In this document: positions 1-9,213 of the stretch, in pieces
How the letters are laid out: each line of letters begins with the position of its first letter
How positions within the stretch are numbered: the stretch's first letter is position 1
Source of the DNA: a virus
Taxonomy: Duplodnaviria > Caudoviricetes
Strand: one strand, 5' to 3'
Length of the DNA stretch: 64,000 nucleotides
Virus record (IMG/VR): IMGVR_UViG_3300042904_000419
Span: 326-64,325 of that record
Notes under the pieces: generated by a model
The model's input: only the letters and a program-made list of their open reading frames with translations
Told to the model about the DNA's origin: nothing
Database searches by the model: none
Translations under genes and position numbers: made by a program

Positions 1-715
1 GCGCGCCGGCATCGGTCCGCAGCTCGACCCGCGGCTGGGCGGCAGCCAGAACAACGCGCGCCTCGTGGAGCAGGCGACCGACTACCTGCGGAACGTGCGC
101 GAGGTCTCGGGAGCGGAGGCGCAGCTCCTGGAGGCGCGGCGGCTGGGGCTGGCGGGGATGCTGGACACGATCAACGTGAGCCGGTCGGTCTACGAGGCGC
201 AGCAGCGCGACGCGGAACTGCGGAGTCGCCTGTTCACCCCGGAGCAGCAGCAAGCGGCGCGGGACTACGCGGCGCAAATGGAGCGCCTGACCGCCAACGC
301 GGAACTACTGAAGGCGACCGCCGGGAGCACATCCTTGCGGGAATTCGCGGAAGGGCTGGGCGCTATCGCCACGCTGACCGGCATTGCTGCGGAGCGGAGC
401 GAGGCCTACGCAAACGCGCTCAGTATCTTGGGGACGGTCCTCAACATCACGCCGGCGTGGGTTTCGGCGGTGCAGGGGGTCGGCCGGGTATTCGGGGGCG
501 AGAGCGATTCGAAGCGCACCGCGGCCGAGAAGGACACCGACCGGGTGGTGGACGCGTTGAACAAGCAGACCCAGGTGCTACTCGGCATGAAGGAAGGGCT
601 CCTGCGTGGTGGCCCTGAAGCGGCGGGAGCACTCCCGCCCGGCCTCCGACGCCAGGCTTTGAAGCAAGCTATGGCCGCCAACGCTATCCCGCGCAAGCGC
701 GTGAATCTGAGCTGA
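1..715 (+). CDS. C-terminal part of probable tail tape measure protein (5'-truncated by window)
   Basis: Ala/Glu/Arg-rich helical sequence directly upstream of large tail gene; the window end carries the 5' part of a gene in the TMP position. Confidence 0.65.
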   Translation, partial: RAGIGPQLDPRLGGSQNNARLVEQATDYLRNVREVSGAEAQLLEARRLGLAGMLDTINVSRSVYEAQQRDAELRSRLFTPEQQQAARDYAAQMERLTANAELLKATAGSTSLREFAEGLGAIATLTGIAAERSEAYANALSILGTVLNITPAWVSAVQGVGRVFGGESDSKRTAAEKDTDRVVDALNKQTQVLLGMKEGLLRGGPEAAGALPPGLRRQALKQAMAANAIPRKRVNLS

Positions 716-716
716 T

Positions 717-3263
717 ATGCTCCTCTCTGATCCCGCACACCCGCTGGTCGCCACCACGGCGTACCGGCACACCCGCCTGGAGCTCGACGGGCCGCAGTGG
801 GTCCTCTACAACGGCGCGTGGAAGCTCGACCGGGACGCGGACCAGATCACGCCGGCGGGCCTCGACACCCCCGCGTTCAACCTGGGGAGTAGCAACGTCT
901 TCCGGCTGCCGGGGGCCGGGTGGATCCTGGAGCCGACGCTCCTCTCCCAGCGCAACCAGCTCCTCACGGCGAACGCCGGCCAGATGTATGACGGGCCGGC
1001 GTTCGCCAACCTCGCGCCGGGTATCGAGGGCTATTACCGCTGGCGGCAAGAGAACCTGAGCGGCGTCACCTACGACGGCGACCTGGCCGAGCAGGCCATG
1101 CCGGCCTACGAGAAGGCGATTGCCGCCGGGAGTCCTTTTGCCTGCAACCTGGTGGCTGACCAGCTCGCCTATCCTGGCCCTCCGGCCGAGTCCCTGGTCC
1201 CCACCACTCGCCTCTTCTCCGGCCGGCGCACCGAGCCGCGCAATCAGGCCATCCAGTTCAGCTTCTTCGTGCCGCCGGTCGGCGAACCCGGCGACGTGCT
1301 GTACCGGCTGCTCTGGGGCGGGCCGGCGGATATGCTGCCGACCACCAAGCGGGGCGGCGAGTGGGGGCTGACGTATCGCGGCGACGGCACCGCCTCCCTG
1401 TGGGCGCGGATTGATGGCGAGTGGGCGCGGCAGGGCACGGCGCAGTGGTCGGACGGGGTGAGCGCCCGCGGCGGGTGGGCGCATACCTACCTCCAGCCGC
1501 ACGGCAAGAACCGGCTGTTCATTTACACCCAGGCCGGCACGGGTAAGGGCGGCGGGCTCCGGCGCCTGGGCTCCGAGCGGCTGCCGGCGGACTTCGGCTC
1601 CCTGAGCGTGACGGTGCACCGTCACAGCGCCCTGGCCACCGGCTACGGCTATAGGACCGGTATCACCGGTCCCGGCACCTTCCGGATTGACGCGCGGGCC
1701 GACCTGGCGGCGCGGTTCGCGATTGGCGCTACCGGCTACCCGACGGAAGGCCTCCTGGTCGATCGCCCGTTTAGCCTGCCGTTCACCGTGCCGGCGGATA
1801 CTCTCTTGCGGCTGAAGCTGCGGACGCTATTCCCGGCCGGCACGGGAGTCGACATTCAGGGCGCGCTCTACGAGGCGGATACCGGCCTGGCGCTGGTCCC
1901 CGGCGACAATGCCGGGGAGTACCTGATCCCGGCGGGCGTGAAGCACTTCTTCGGCCGGTTCGTGCTGACCGGGTCCGGCACGCATACCCCGGTGCTAACC
2001 GGCGTCACCTACGAACTGGACGCGCGGCTGTCGAGCGTGCGGATTGAGGAAGCGGCGCTCCTGCAGGCGGAGTTCGCGGCACCCACCGACGTGGATCTTC
2101 TGGGCAGCGATCAGGACGTGACACACGAAGGCGGCCACCTGGAAATTCACGACTTGACAGACGAACTGGTGCCGCTGCGGACCCGGGACGGGGTGCCGAT
2201 CCGCATCTTCACCACGGTGAACGAGGAGGGGGACGAGTCCTGCATCTTTGAAGGCGAGGCGTCGGCGATCGAGGAGACCGTGCACCTGGCGGCGCCCGGC
2301 AACCCCAGCTATCCGTTCTACTCCGTGGAACTGGCTGGCCAGTGGGCGCGGGTGGCCGAGCAGCGGGTGATCGGTAACCAGCCGTACGGCCTGAACCGGG
2401 ACACCGGCAAGCCGGACCGCGTAACGAACATCATTCGGGAACTGTTCACTGACGCCGGCGTCCCGGCCGAGCAGATGGACATTCCCGACCTACCGCTGGA
2501 GTTCTGGCCGTCGGAGAACGAGGGCGCGGAGATCTACATCCTCCAGTCCGGAACGTCCTACCTGGACGCAATTCAGAACCTCGCACGGCGCTACCTCGAC
2601 GCCTGGATTGCCTGGGCGCCCAACAGCGGCCCCTACGGGCAATGGAAGCTGCGCCTCAACCCCGCGGACCCCGCCTCTAACATCCTGTGGGACTTCGTGA
2701 CCGAAGCGCCGGAAGTCATCGGCCTGGGCGGGCTCCCAGTGCCGGCGGCGCAGCACGTGGCGGACACCTACGGCGAGGCTACAACGTTCATCCGGTCCTT
2801 GCGCCGGAAGCGGAAGCGCCCGGAGTACAACAGTGTCTACGTGTTCAACTCCCCGGACATGCAAGGCAAGATTTCAGCCTACGAGCACAACCCGCGCAGC
2901 TTCTCGCGGGATGCGGAAACGCCTACCGCGGACCCGGGGCACATCGACTACATCGGGCGCGAGGTGCCGGAGTCGTTCTACGATCCTACGATCGAGACGC
3001 AGCAGCAGGCCAATTGGATCGCCCGCCGGCTCCTGGACCTGGGCGGCTTCGGGCGGATCCTCTATGAATTCGAGGCACCGCTGGTGTTCGTGACGGACCC
3101 GAACGACGCGGACCAGGTGCGCCCGCGCAAGCTGATGATCGGGGATCCGGTGGCGATCGACGGGAAGGTCGGCGTGCTGCGGCCGTGTTCCGCGGCGTAC
3201 CGGGACGATGTGCTGCAGCTCGCGGAATATCAGGTGGCGATGCTGCCCGGGGAGGGAGTCTGA
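717..3263 (+). CDS. large tail/baseplate-hub protein (848 aa)
   Basis: Long ORF immediately after TMP, the usual position of tail tip proteins; no diagnostic motif recognised. Confidence 0.55.
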   Translation: MLLSDPAHPLVATTAYRHTRLELDGPQWVLYNGAWKLDRDADQITPAGLDTPAFNLGSSNVFRLPGAGWILEPTLLSQRNQLLTANAGQMYDGPAFANLAPGIEGYYRWRQENLSGVTYDGDLAEQAMPAYEKAIAAGSPFACNLVADQLAYPGPPAESLVPTTRLFSGRRTEPRNQAIQFSFFVPPVGEPGDVLYRLLWGGPADMLPTTKRGGEWGLTYRGDGTASLWARIDGEWARQGTAQWSDGVSARGGWAHTYLQPHGKNRLFIYTQAGTGKGGGLRRLGSERLPADFGSLSVTVHRHSALATGYGYRTGITGPGTFRIDARADLAARFAIGATGYPTEGLLVDRPFSLPFTVPADTLLRLKLRTLFPAGTGVDIQGALYEADTGLALVPGDNAGEYLIPAGVKHFFGRFVLTGSGTHTPVLTGVTYELDARLSSVRIEEAALLQAEFAAPTDVDLLGSDQDVTHEGGHLEIHDLTDELVPLRTRDGVPIRIFTTVNEEGDESCIFEGEASAIEETVHLAAPGNPSYPFYSVELAGQWARVAEQRVIGNQPYGLNRDTGKPDRVTNIIRELFTDAGVPAEQMDIPDLPLEFWPSENEGAEIYILQSGTSYLDAIQNLARRYLDAWIAWAPNSGPYGQWKLRLNPADPASNILWDFVTEAPEVIGLGGLPVPAAQHVADTYGEATTFIRSLRRKRKRPEYNSVYVFNSPDMQGKISAYEHNPRSFSRDAETPTADPGHIDYIGREVPESFYDPTIETQQQANWIARRLLDLGGFGRILYEFEAPLVFVTDPNDADQVRPRKLMIGDPVAIDGKVGVLRPCSAAYRDDVLQLAEYQVAMLPGEGV

Positions 3264-3493
3264 TGGACGAACTGAGCGAGGCCCGCAAGGGGCAGCGGGC
3301 GGAACTCCTGCGCCCGCTGGGGGTCAACCCCAACGTCGAGCGGCTGACGGACCGGGACGTGCACGGCACGGGCCTGGAGAACGAGATCCTGGCGCTCCCG
3401 GACGTATCCAGTCGCGAGCTCTCCGACCTGGAGGGCCGGCGCACGTTCATCGTGGGGCTGGATAGTCCGTACGCGACGGACCGGTACCTGTAG
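3263..3493 (+). CDS. small hypothetical tail-module protein
   Basis: ATG overlaps the upstream TGA (TGATG); 76 aa. Confidence 0.6.
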   Translation: MDELSEARKGQRAELLRPLGVNPNVERLTDRDVHGTGLENEILALPDVSSRELSDLEGRRTFIVGLDSPYATDRYL

Positions 3494-3496
3494 CGC

Positions 3497-3706
3497 CTAG
3501 CGAATCAGACCGTTCGCGAATAGGTAGTACCAGAAGGCGGCGCCGCCGATGCCGAACGCGATAAGGATTCCCATCCACGCCTTCGAGGTGGCTGACATGC
3601 CGCGCCGCGGCGCTCTCGCAGTGGGCGCGAACGGGCCAGAGCCGCAGGTCGGGCAGAACTTCGCGCTCGGCGACACGGCGGCACCACAACTCGGACAAGC
3701 AAACAC
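3497..3706 (-). CDS. zinc-ribbon protein with C-terminal TM helix
   Basis: CPSCG...AKFCPTCG then hydrophobic WMGILIAFGIGGAAFWYYLF; GGAGG SD before the GTG. Confidence 0.75.
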   Translation of the reverse strand: MFACPSCGAAVSPSAKFCPTCGSGPFAPTARAPRRGMSATSKAWMGILIAFGIGGAAFWYYLFANGLIR

Positions 3707-3719
3707 GGTAGACCTCCAG

Positions 3720-4577
3720 TTATCCCGGTAGTAACAACTGACTTGGCGGGAGCGCGGGTGCGGGCGACTCGGGCGGGAGAAGCTTCCATTTCGACCTGAC
3801 CCGCCGATACCGGTGGCCCTGATTACAGGCGGTCCACTCACCCCCGGACAATTCCGGTAAGTAGGAATGTCGGCAGGGGGGCTGGTAGAACTTCTCAATC
3901 CGGGCTCGCTCGACGGCGAGGCGGTCGGCGGCTGCTTCGCGTTCAGCGGCGAGGCGTTGGGCGGTGGCCTCCCGGGCAGCGGTGGCGAGGGCGTAGGCCC
4001 GCTCCTCTTCTGCGGCTCGGCGCCGAGCGGACTCTTCGTCTCGCCAGCGCTGCGCCGCGAGTTCCTGGGCTTCGCGCTGGATACGCTCCCGGGCCGCCCG
4101 ATCCTGGATGATGCGCGTTGCAGCGCTGCCGCCGGAGAGAAAGACCAGCGCCACCACCCCGACGAGCACACCGGCCCCGAAGTGGCGCCGCCGCCTGGCA
4201 GCGGTTGCGGGCAGGTTCCCGCCGGGCGCGGCAAGGATGACACGTCGCAGACGTAGGAGCAGGAACGAGAGCACCCAGGCGCAGGCTAAAGCCATTACCG
4301 CCAGGCCAAAGAGCACCTCGCGCTGCTGGAGGTAGGTATAGATCCCTGCGGACCCGATGAGGGCGAGTGAGAGGAAGAGGATTCCGACCCCGATCGCATT
4401 CCAGATCAGCGATACGTGCCGCTCGGTTTCGTCAAGCGGCCCGGAGGCGGTCACGAGGGGCGCGTGAGGCTGCGTAGCGGCCCCTAGCGTGAGCGGTTTT
4501 CCGCAGGCAGGGCAGAACTGCGCAGCTAACGGGGCACCCTCGCCGCAGTCCGGACAAATCTTCAGGGTGCCAGACAC
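3720..4577 (-). CDS. zinc-ribbon membrane protein with coiled coil
   Basis: CPDCG...AQFCPACG, about three hydrophobic segments, EAR-rich coiled coil. Confidence 0.75.
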   Translation of the reverse strand: MSGTLKICPDCGEGAPLAAQFCPACGKPLTLGAATQPHAPLVTASGPLDETERHVSLIWNAIGVGILFLSLALIGSAGIYTYLQQREVLFGLAVMALACAWVLSFLLLRLRRVILAAPGGNLPATAARRRRHFGAGVLVGVVALVFLSGGSAATRIIQDRAARERIQREAQELAAQRWRDEESARRRAAEEERAYALATAAREATAQRLAAEREAAADRLAVERARIEKFYQPPCRHSYLPELSGGEWTACNQGHRYRRVRSKWKLLPPESPAPALPPSQLLLPG

Positions 4578-4906
4578 GGCATAACCCTCCAGTCAATCAA
4601 ACGACTGACCGGAGGGTTAGGTTCCGCGAGCCCAGATTCCTTGCTATGGAGACGATGATGGACCAGACTGCCAACGCCGCGCCGGAGCCAGAAGATCAGC
4701 ACACCCTCCGCAACTTCGGGATTCCGCCGCACGTCCTGCGGGTCGATAGCGCCTGCCCGGAGGGCGCTACCCGGCACATCTGCGTGGATTTCACGTGCTT
4801 GCCTCCGGCTCCGCCGCGAGCTGCCATCCCGAACTCCCTGCGGGCGCATCCCTTCGCCAGGCCATCGGGCGCGGCTTCATTCACCTGGGTCGGTGGATGC
4901 TCTAAC

Positions 4907-5086
4907 TTACCGCCGCTTCCAATGACCCGCCACGCGCCTCCCGTCCCGGCGCCGATACCCCGGCACCCAGACCGGCTGGCCGCTGCCGTCCGGAGGCGAG
5001 CGGGGCACCCCGCGACCGGAGCAGAGGGCGAGGAGCAGCGCCAGCACCGCGAACGGGGCGGTGGCGAGGAGGGCGAGGATCAGCAC
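4907..5086 (-). CDS. small membrane-anchored protein (59 aa, not in ORF track)
   Basis: GTG overlapping the 5080 gene end; hydrophobic N-terminus then WVPGYRRRDGRRVAGHWKRR. Confidence 0.6.
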   Translation of the reverse strand: MLILALLATAPFAVLALLLALCSGRGVPRSPPDGSGQPVWVPGYRRRDGRRVAGHWKRR

Positions 5087-5382
5087 GACGCCTCCTCGAT
5101 CTTCGCCAGCAGTTCCCGGACCTCGCCCACCAGCAGGCTGCCCGGCTGCACGGGCGTGCCGGCGTCCCAGTAGGACATGAGTTCGGTGAGGAGGTCGCGC
5201 ATGTCCGGTGCGGTGGCGATCAGGGCGGCGTCGGCGCGGGCCTGAGCGGGTGACACGTTGTCAGTGTAAATCTTGGCGATCTCGCAGCCGGCGTCGTCCC
5301 CAATAACGACGGAGAGGTCATAGTCTCCCGGCTCCTCGGCGATCATCCCCGCTACTACCCACGGCCCTGGTGTGTGTTTCAT
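5080..5382 (-). CDS. phage hypothetical protein (HTPGPW...ADAALIA.AP family)
   Basis: MKHTPGPW and DAALIATAPDM motifs common in phage early proteins; SD present. Confidence 0.8.
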   Translation of the reverse strand: MKHTPGPWVVAGMIAEEPGDYDLSVVIGDDAGCEIAKIYTDNVSPAQARADAALIATAPDMRDLLTELMSYWDAGTPVQPGSLLVGEVRELLAKIEEASC

Positions 5383-5469
5383 CTTCTCCCCCTTTCGCGC
5401 ATCTGATCACATCCCGGGTGCGATCCCGGGCGAGGGGTGCCGGGAGAGTGGCTCCCGGCAGGGGCGGGG

Positions 5470-5673
5470 TTAGAAAGCGTTCCAATCCTTGCGGAACAGC
5501 TCTCGCTGGCGCTTGCTGGTGTTGCCGCACCACTCCGCGGCAGGGTCTTCCGGGTGTTCGGCCACGTAAGCTAGCAATGCACAAAGGCCGTCCTCGTCCG
5601 TGGCGCCACGGGTGTCCATGAGGGCGCGGGCCTTGGCAACGGCAATCCATCTCGCCCGATCAATCGACTTCAC
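5470..5673 (-). CDS. small hypothetical protein
   Basis: Overlaps the upstream gene in the operon; start uncertain. Confidence 0.55.
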   Translation of the reverse strand: MKSIDRARWIAVAKARALMDTRGATDEDGLCALLAYVAEHPEDPAAEWCGNTSKRQRELFRKDWNAF

Positions 5674-5956
5674 GGGTAATCCCCGCGGCCAGATCATCAC
5701 GGCGCAGTTCCCGATAGGTCTCTTCGCAGAACGCCTTACCGGCGGCCGAGGTCTTCACTTCGCCGGCCTGGGCGCCGATTTCGCGGACCTCGCCCGTCTC
5801 GTGGTTCCGCGCGCTGGCCAGGTAGCTCCCCGGCTGCCAGGCGTAGACCCGGAAGGCCCAGGGGCCGTAGTCAGCAGCGATCCCGGCGCAGCTACCACCC
5901 ACACGCTCCCAGTGGAGGCTGGTCTCGTTCGTCGCGGTCTTCGTGCTTCGGCTCAT
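5660..5956 (-). CDS. small hypothetical protein
   Basis: 98 aa ORF in the leftward operon. Confidence 0.65.
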   Translation of the reverse strand: MSRSTKTATNETSLHWERVGGSCAGIAADYGPWAFRVYAWQPGSYLASARNHETGEVREIGAQAGEVKTSAAGKAFCEETYRELRRDDLAAGITREVD

Positions 5957-6127
5957 CTCAGTTCGCCCTTTCAGAGGCGGCGGGGTGCTCTCCCGCCGCT
6001 GGTATGTCGATAGTTGCGATTAGAACGCCGGGTAGTGCCCCCGGTGACAGCAGAGGCACCGCACCGGCACCCAGGCCCGCTCCATCAGGCGGGCCTGGGA
6101 GGCTCGGACCGGCCTCCCACACGTCGT

Positions 6128-6505
6128 TCAGTCCCAGAGGAGGGCGCGATCGGCCAGGACCTTCGCCTCGCGGGCGGCTTCGACCCGCAGCTCCTCGGCG
6201 CGGTGGTCGCCGCTCTCCTCGGCCACGAGGCAGAGCTCCTCGTCCGGCTCCGGGCCGATCATCGCTTCCGCGGCCACGTGCAGCTTCACCAGCTCGATGT
6301 GCTTGCAGGCGGTTCCCCGGCGGCGGTGGTCCGGACACTCGCAGGTGCCGGCTACGGGGTCCACGGTGTACCCGTGGCCGTCCAGGTGGATCACCTCCCA
6401 GTCGGTCCCGCCGGGAGTGCCGGGGGTCACGAGGTAGTTCGCGGCTTCCGCGTAGGCCCGCAGCTTGCGGTCGGTGCTCTTCGGGCGGGTGGTGGTAGAA
6501 TTCAT
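6128..6505 (-). CDS. SWIM-type zinc finger protein
   Basis: YTVD...CECPD......CKH motif; AGGAG SD. Confidence 0.8.
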   Translation of the reverse strand: MNSTTTRPKSTDRKLRAYAEAANYLVTPGTPGGTDWEVIHLDGHGYTVDPVAGTCECPDHRRRGTACKHIELVKLHVAAEAMIGPEPDEELCLVAEESGDHRAEELRVEAAREAKVLADRALLWD

Positions 6506-6594
6506 TTGGCTGCTCCTCTGTCTTAAGCGGTGGGGGTGAAGTCCGGGCCGGGGAGTGTGTCCAGCACTCGCCCGGCCGCTTGCGTTTCTGGGGC

Positions 6595-6948
6595 TCAATC
6601 CATCTGGTAGTAGACGGTGGCGCGCAGGCCCGCCGCTTCCAGCGCGCAGCAGGCAGCCTGCGCTGCCCGCGTGCGGCAGGCGCCCTGGCCAGTGGTCACG
6701 TAGAGGAACACCGCCCGGCGTCCGAACCACTCGCTGATGCTGATCCGCACTCCAGCGGCGCGCGCCGCCTGCTCGATCACGCTGTTGCGTACCGCGGGCT
6801 CCGGCCGGTAAACCGGCGTGTCCAGGTTGCAGGTGCCGGAATCGTCGCTGTCCTGCTCCGCCGCAGTGTCCGCCGCCATCCACGCGTCAGCGAAGGCGTT
6901 GGCCAGCAGTTCGCGGGTGGCTTCGGTGCGGGTGGCGGTGGTGCTCAT
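6595..6948 (-). CDS. hypothetical protein, first gene of leftward accessory operon
   Basis: GAGGAG SD, directly downstream of a TTGACA-17-TACTTT promoter. Confidence 0.75.
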   Translation of the reverse strand: MSTTATRTEATRELLANAFADAWMAADTAAEQDSDDSGTCNLDTPVYRPEPAVRNSVIEQAARAAGVRISISEWFGRRAVFLYVTTGQGACRTRAAQAACCALEAAGLRATVYYQMD

Positions 6949-6988
6949 CTCGGTATCTCCTCGCAATTCGTAACTACGTTATGGGTAT

Positions 6989-7050
6989 AAAGTAACTCCA
7001 CGAAATACAGCTGTCAAGCGATTGGCAAAAGATTTTCGCGGAGTTATAAT
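6989..7050. promoter_or_regulatory. back-to-back sigma70-type promoters sharing a 13-bp inverted operator
   Basis: Plus strand: TTGGCA(7022-7027)-17-TATAAT(7045-7050). Minus strand: TTGACA(7017-7012)-17-TACTTT(6994-6989). TTTCGYGGAGTTA at 7034-7046(+) and 7005-6993(-). Confidence 0.8.
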
Positions 7051-7056
7051 ACCGGT

Positions 7057-7251
7057 ATGGAAAAGGCAGAGACGAGGGGCCGGAAGCCGGGGCGGACGTT
7101 CCCGCACAAGCGCAGCGTCTACCTGGACGACGAAGGGCTAGGGCTGCTTGACCGACTGGCCGCGGTGAAGCTCGGAGACAAGCCGCGAGGTGAGAGCGGG
7201 GCCATTCGGGAGGCGCTGCGGCAGCTCGCCCAGCGGGAGGGCGTGGAGTGA
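7057..7251 (+). CDS. ribbon-helix-helix (CopG/Arc-like) regulator, probably leaderless
   Basis: RGRKP...KRSVYLDDE...SGAIREAL pattern; ATG 6 nt after TATAAT. Confidence 0.7.
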   Translation: MEKAETRGRKPGRTFPHKRSVYLDDEGLGLLDRLAAVKLGDKPRGESGAIREALRQLAQREGVE

Positions 7252-7427
7252 GCGAGACTGAACTCACCGCCGCTTACGAGCGCCTGGCGGCTGCGCAAGC
7301 GGCCTGGGAGGAGGCTCACCGGCGAGCGGTGGAAGCCGTGCGCCGGGAAAGCGAAGCGGAAGCGGAACTGGAAGTCGCCCGGGCAGCGGTGGAGCAGCTA
7401 GAGGCGGCGCGGCGAGCCGAGGAGTGA
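7248..7427 (+). CDS. small coiled-coil protein (59 aa)
   Basis: GTGA overlaps on both sides; E/A/R-rich. Confidence 0.55.
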   Translation: MSETELTAAYERLAAAQAAWEEAHRRAVEAVRRESEAEAELEVARAAVEQLEAARRAEE

Positions 7428-8050
7428 AGCTCGAAGAGTGTAGCGCGGAACTGCAGGCCGTGCTCGCCCGCGCGGAGGAGGGCCAGACGGGAGTGCGTGC
7501 GGCTCGCGGGTTTGGTCGTCATAACAGCGCGTTGTATCGAGCCGAGCTCCGGGGCAACGTAGTCACCTTTTACACGCTAGATTTCGGCGGGAGCCGCGAG
7601 TGGGAGCCGCGCGGGGAGCCGACAGTCATGGCGTGGCTTGTCCACTCCGGGGACCCCGTAGGCCCTAAACGCGAGATCCCTGAGCCAGCTGAAGAGTCGG
7701 ACAGGAAAGGTGCCTTCTACTGGCTTGGCTTGGCAATGCGGCTCCCGGTCTTTTGCCTGATAGCCCTGGCCTCGCACGTTTTCGTGCTCACTATCTATCT
7801 GTTGGCGAGCGTGCTGGTGATGCTGATCTACGCGTTGTGTCCTGTATGGTGGCTGGCAGGCGCGCCATTCGTCCTACTAGTCGCAGCCTTCCGAAACGAT
7901 GCCGCGGGCTGGGAGGCTTATCGCCATGCACTACCAGAGTGGATCGCGAGCATCGACCTCCCTTGGCGGCACTATCCTGACCTGGCGATGCCCGCCCTCC
8001 GGACGTGGCTACGGGAAGGTGGGCCGTTCCCTCAAGACCCTTGGTTCTGA
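7424..8050 (+). CDS. membrane protein
   Basis: Long hydrophobic stretch in the C-terminal half. Confidence 0.65.
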   Translation: MKLEECSAELQAVLARAEEGQTGVRAARGFGRHNSALYRAELRGNVVTFYTLDFGGSREWEPRGEPTVMAWLVHSGDPVGPKREIPEPAEESDRKGAFYWLGLAMRLPVFCLIALASHVFVLTIYLLASVLVMLIYALCPVWWLAGAPFVLLVAAFRNDAAGWEAYRHALPEWIASIDLPWRHYPDLAMPALRTWLREGGPFPQDPWF

Positions 8051-8056
8051 AGCGGC

Positions 8057-8093
8057 CTGAACCAAAGACCGCCTCCCGTTGCCGGGAGGCGGT
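8057..8093 (-). terminator. terminator hairpin, copy 1 of a 37-bp direct repeat
   Basis: ACCGCCTCCCG-N4-CGGGAGGCGGT followed by CTTTGGTT on the minus strand. Confidence 0.75.
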
Positions 8094-8097
8094 AAAG

Positions 8098-8349
8098 TTA
8101 CGCCGGCTCTCCGCATCCGGGACAAGCTTTGGCGCGACGCGAGATCTGCCGGCCACAAGTGCCGCAACTGACGAGCTGGGGCAAGGAACTCTCGCTGATC
8201 GCTGCCGGGCGAAACATGTTGCCCTTGGCCTGGAGCTGCTCGGACATCTCGTTGCGCCACCGCTCTTCGCACCAGCGATCGCTGCACTCCCACTTGAGAA
8301 AGCTATGGCCCTTGATGGGCGAGTGGCAACGGGGACAGTGGTAAGCCAT
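8098..8349 (-). CDS. Cys-rich zinc-ribbon protein
   Basis: CPRC, CSDRWC, CGTCG...AKACPGCG; GGAGG upstream. Confidence 0.65.
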   Translation of the reverse strand: MAYHCPRCHSPIKGHSFLKWECSDRWCEERWRNEMSEQLQAKGNMFRPAAISESSLPQLVSCGTCGRQISRRAKACPGCGEPA

Positions 8350-8440
8350 GGCGCGAACCATCCTCCAACCCCGGGGGCGCTGACCGCCGCCGGAACACTG
8401 GGCAGCCGTTCGCGAGCGCTCGCCTGCCTTCCTGCCGGGG

Positions 8441-8477
8441 CTGAAACAAAGACCGCCTCCCGGAATCGGGAGGCGGT
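8441..8477 (-). terminator. terminator hairpin, copy 2 of the 37-bp direct repeat
   Basis: Same stem and flank as 8057-8093; differs in the loop and at one flank base. Confidence 0.7.
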
Positions 8478-8682
8478 CAGTGCGTGGGGCAGTGGCAGGC
8501 ACAATAGCACCTCGCGTTTAAGTGAATTCGCGCGAACGGGTATCTTGATCCATGTGATTGGCGCAGAAAATGCAGGGTACCGCCACGGGAACGCGCAACT
8601 GTCCGGGCAGCGACCGGGGGAGCGTGCGACCGACGCGTGCGGTGAACCCTGGATTCTGTTACAATCGGCGCGGAGATGCCCG

Positions 8683-9213
8683 ATGGAACCCCGAGACGAT
8701 ACCAAACTCAGAGAACTGATCCTCTACCTCGCGAAGAAGTGCGAGGGGGATTTGGCGTTCGCCAAGACCAAGCTCTGCAAGCTGCTGTTTTACTCGGACT
8801 TTGGCGCGTTCGTGGAACTGGGATCATCCATTACCGGCCAGCCGTACGTAAAGCTACCAAATGGCCCCGTGCCCCCTCGCGCCACGCGGCTGCTAACGAA
8901 GATGGAGAAGGCGGGCGAGCTGGCGATGGCCAAGCGGAGCTTTCACGGTCATCCGCAGGAGAAGCCGATGGCCTTGCGGGAGCCGGACCTGTCCCTGTTT
9001 ACGGGCGCTGAAATTGCCCTCGTGGATGTGGTAATCGATCAACTCCGGGACCACAACGCCCGCGGCGTGAGCGACCTCTCCCATGATTTCATCGGCTGGC
9101 AGGCCGCGGCGATGGGCGAGGAAATCCCGTATGAGACGGCGCTGGTGGATGTGTCCCCGGCGACTGAAGACGAGATAGCGTACGCCAGGCAGTTAGTGAG
9201 CGCAGGACGCTAA
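8683..9213 (+). CDS. Panacea-domain (DUF4065/SocA-like) antitoxin
   Basis: KLCKLLFYSDF...SITG..Y.KLPNGPVP and LSH...W motifs; TGTTACAAT extended -10 upstream. Confidence 0.85.
   Translation: MEPRDDTKLRELILYLAKKCEGDLAFAKTKLCKLLFYSDFGAFVELGSSITGQPYVKLPNGPVPPRATRLLTKMEKAGELAMAKRSFHGHPQEKPMALREPDLSLFTGAEIALVDVVIDQLRDHNARGVSDLSHDFIGWQAAAMGEEIPYETALVDVSPATEDEIAYARQLVSAGR

Noticed and set aside
4646-5173. 175-aa plus-strand ORF
   Set aside because: Its 3' half overlaps better-supported minus-strand genes; the 5' part may be a short or frameshifted gene ending near 4905 but cannot be supported.
8005-8682. 226-aa N-terminal extension of the Panacea protein given in the ORF track
   Set aside because: It crosses two terminators and an opposite-strand gene; promoter and SD support the start at 8683.
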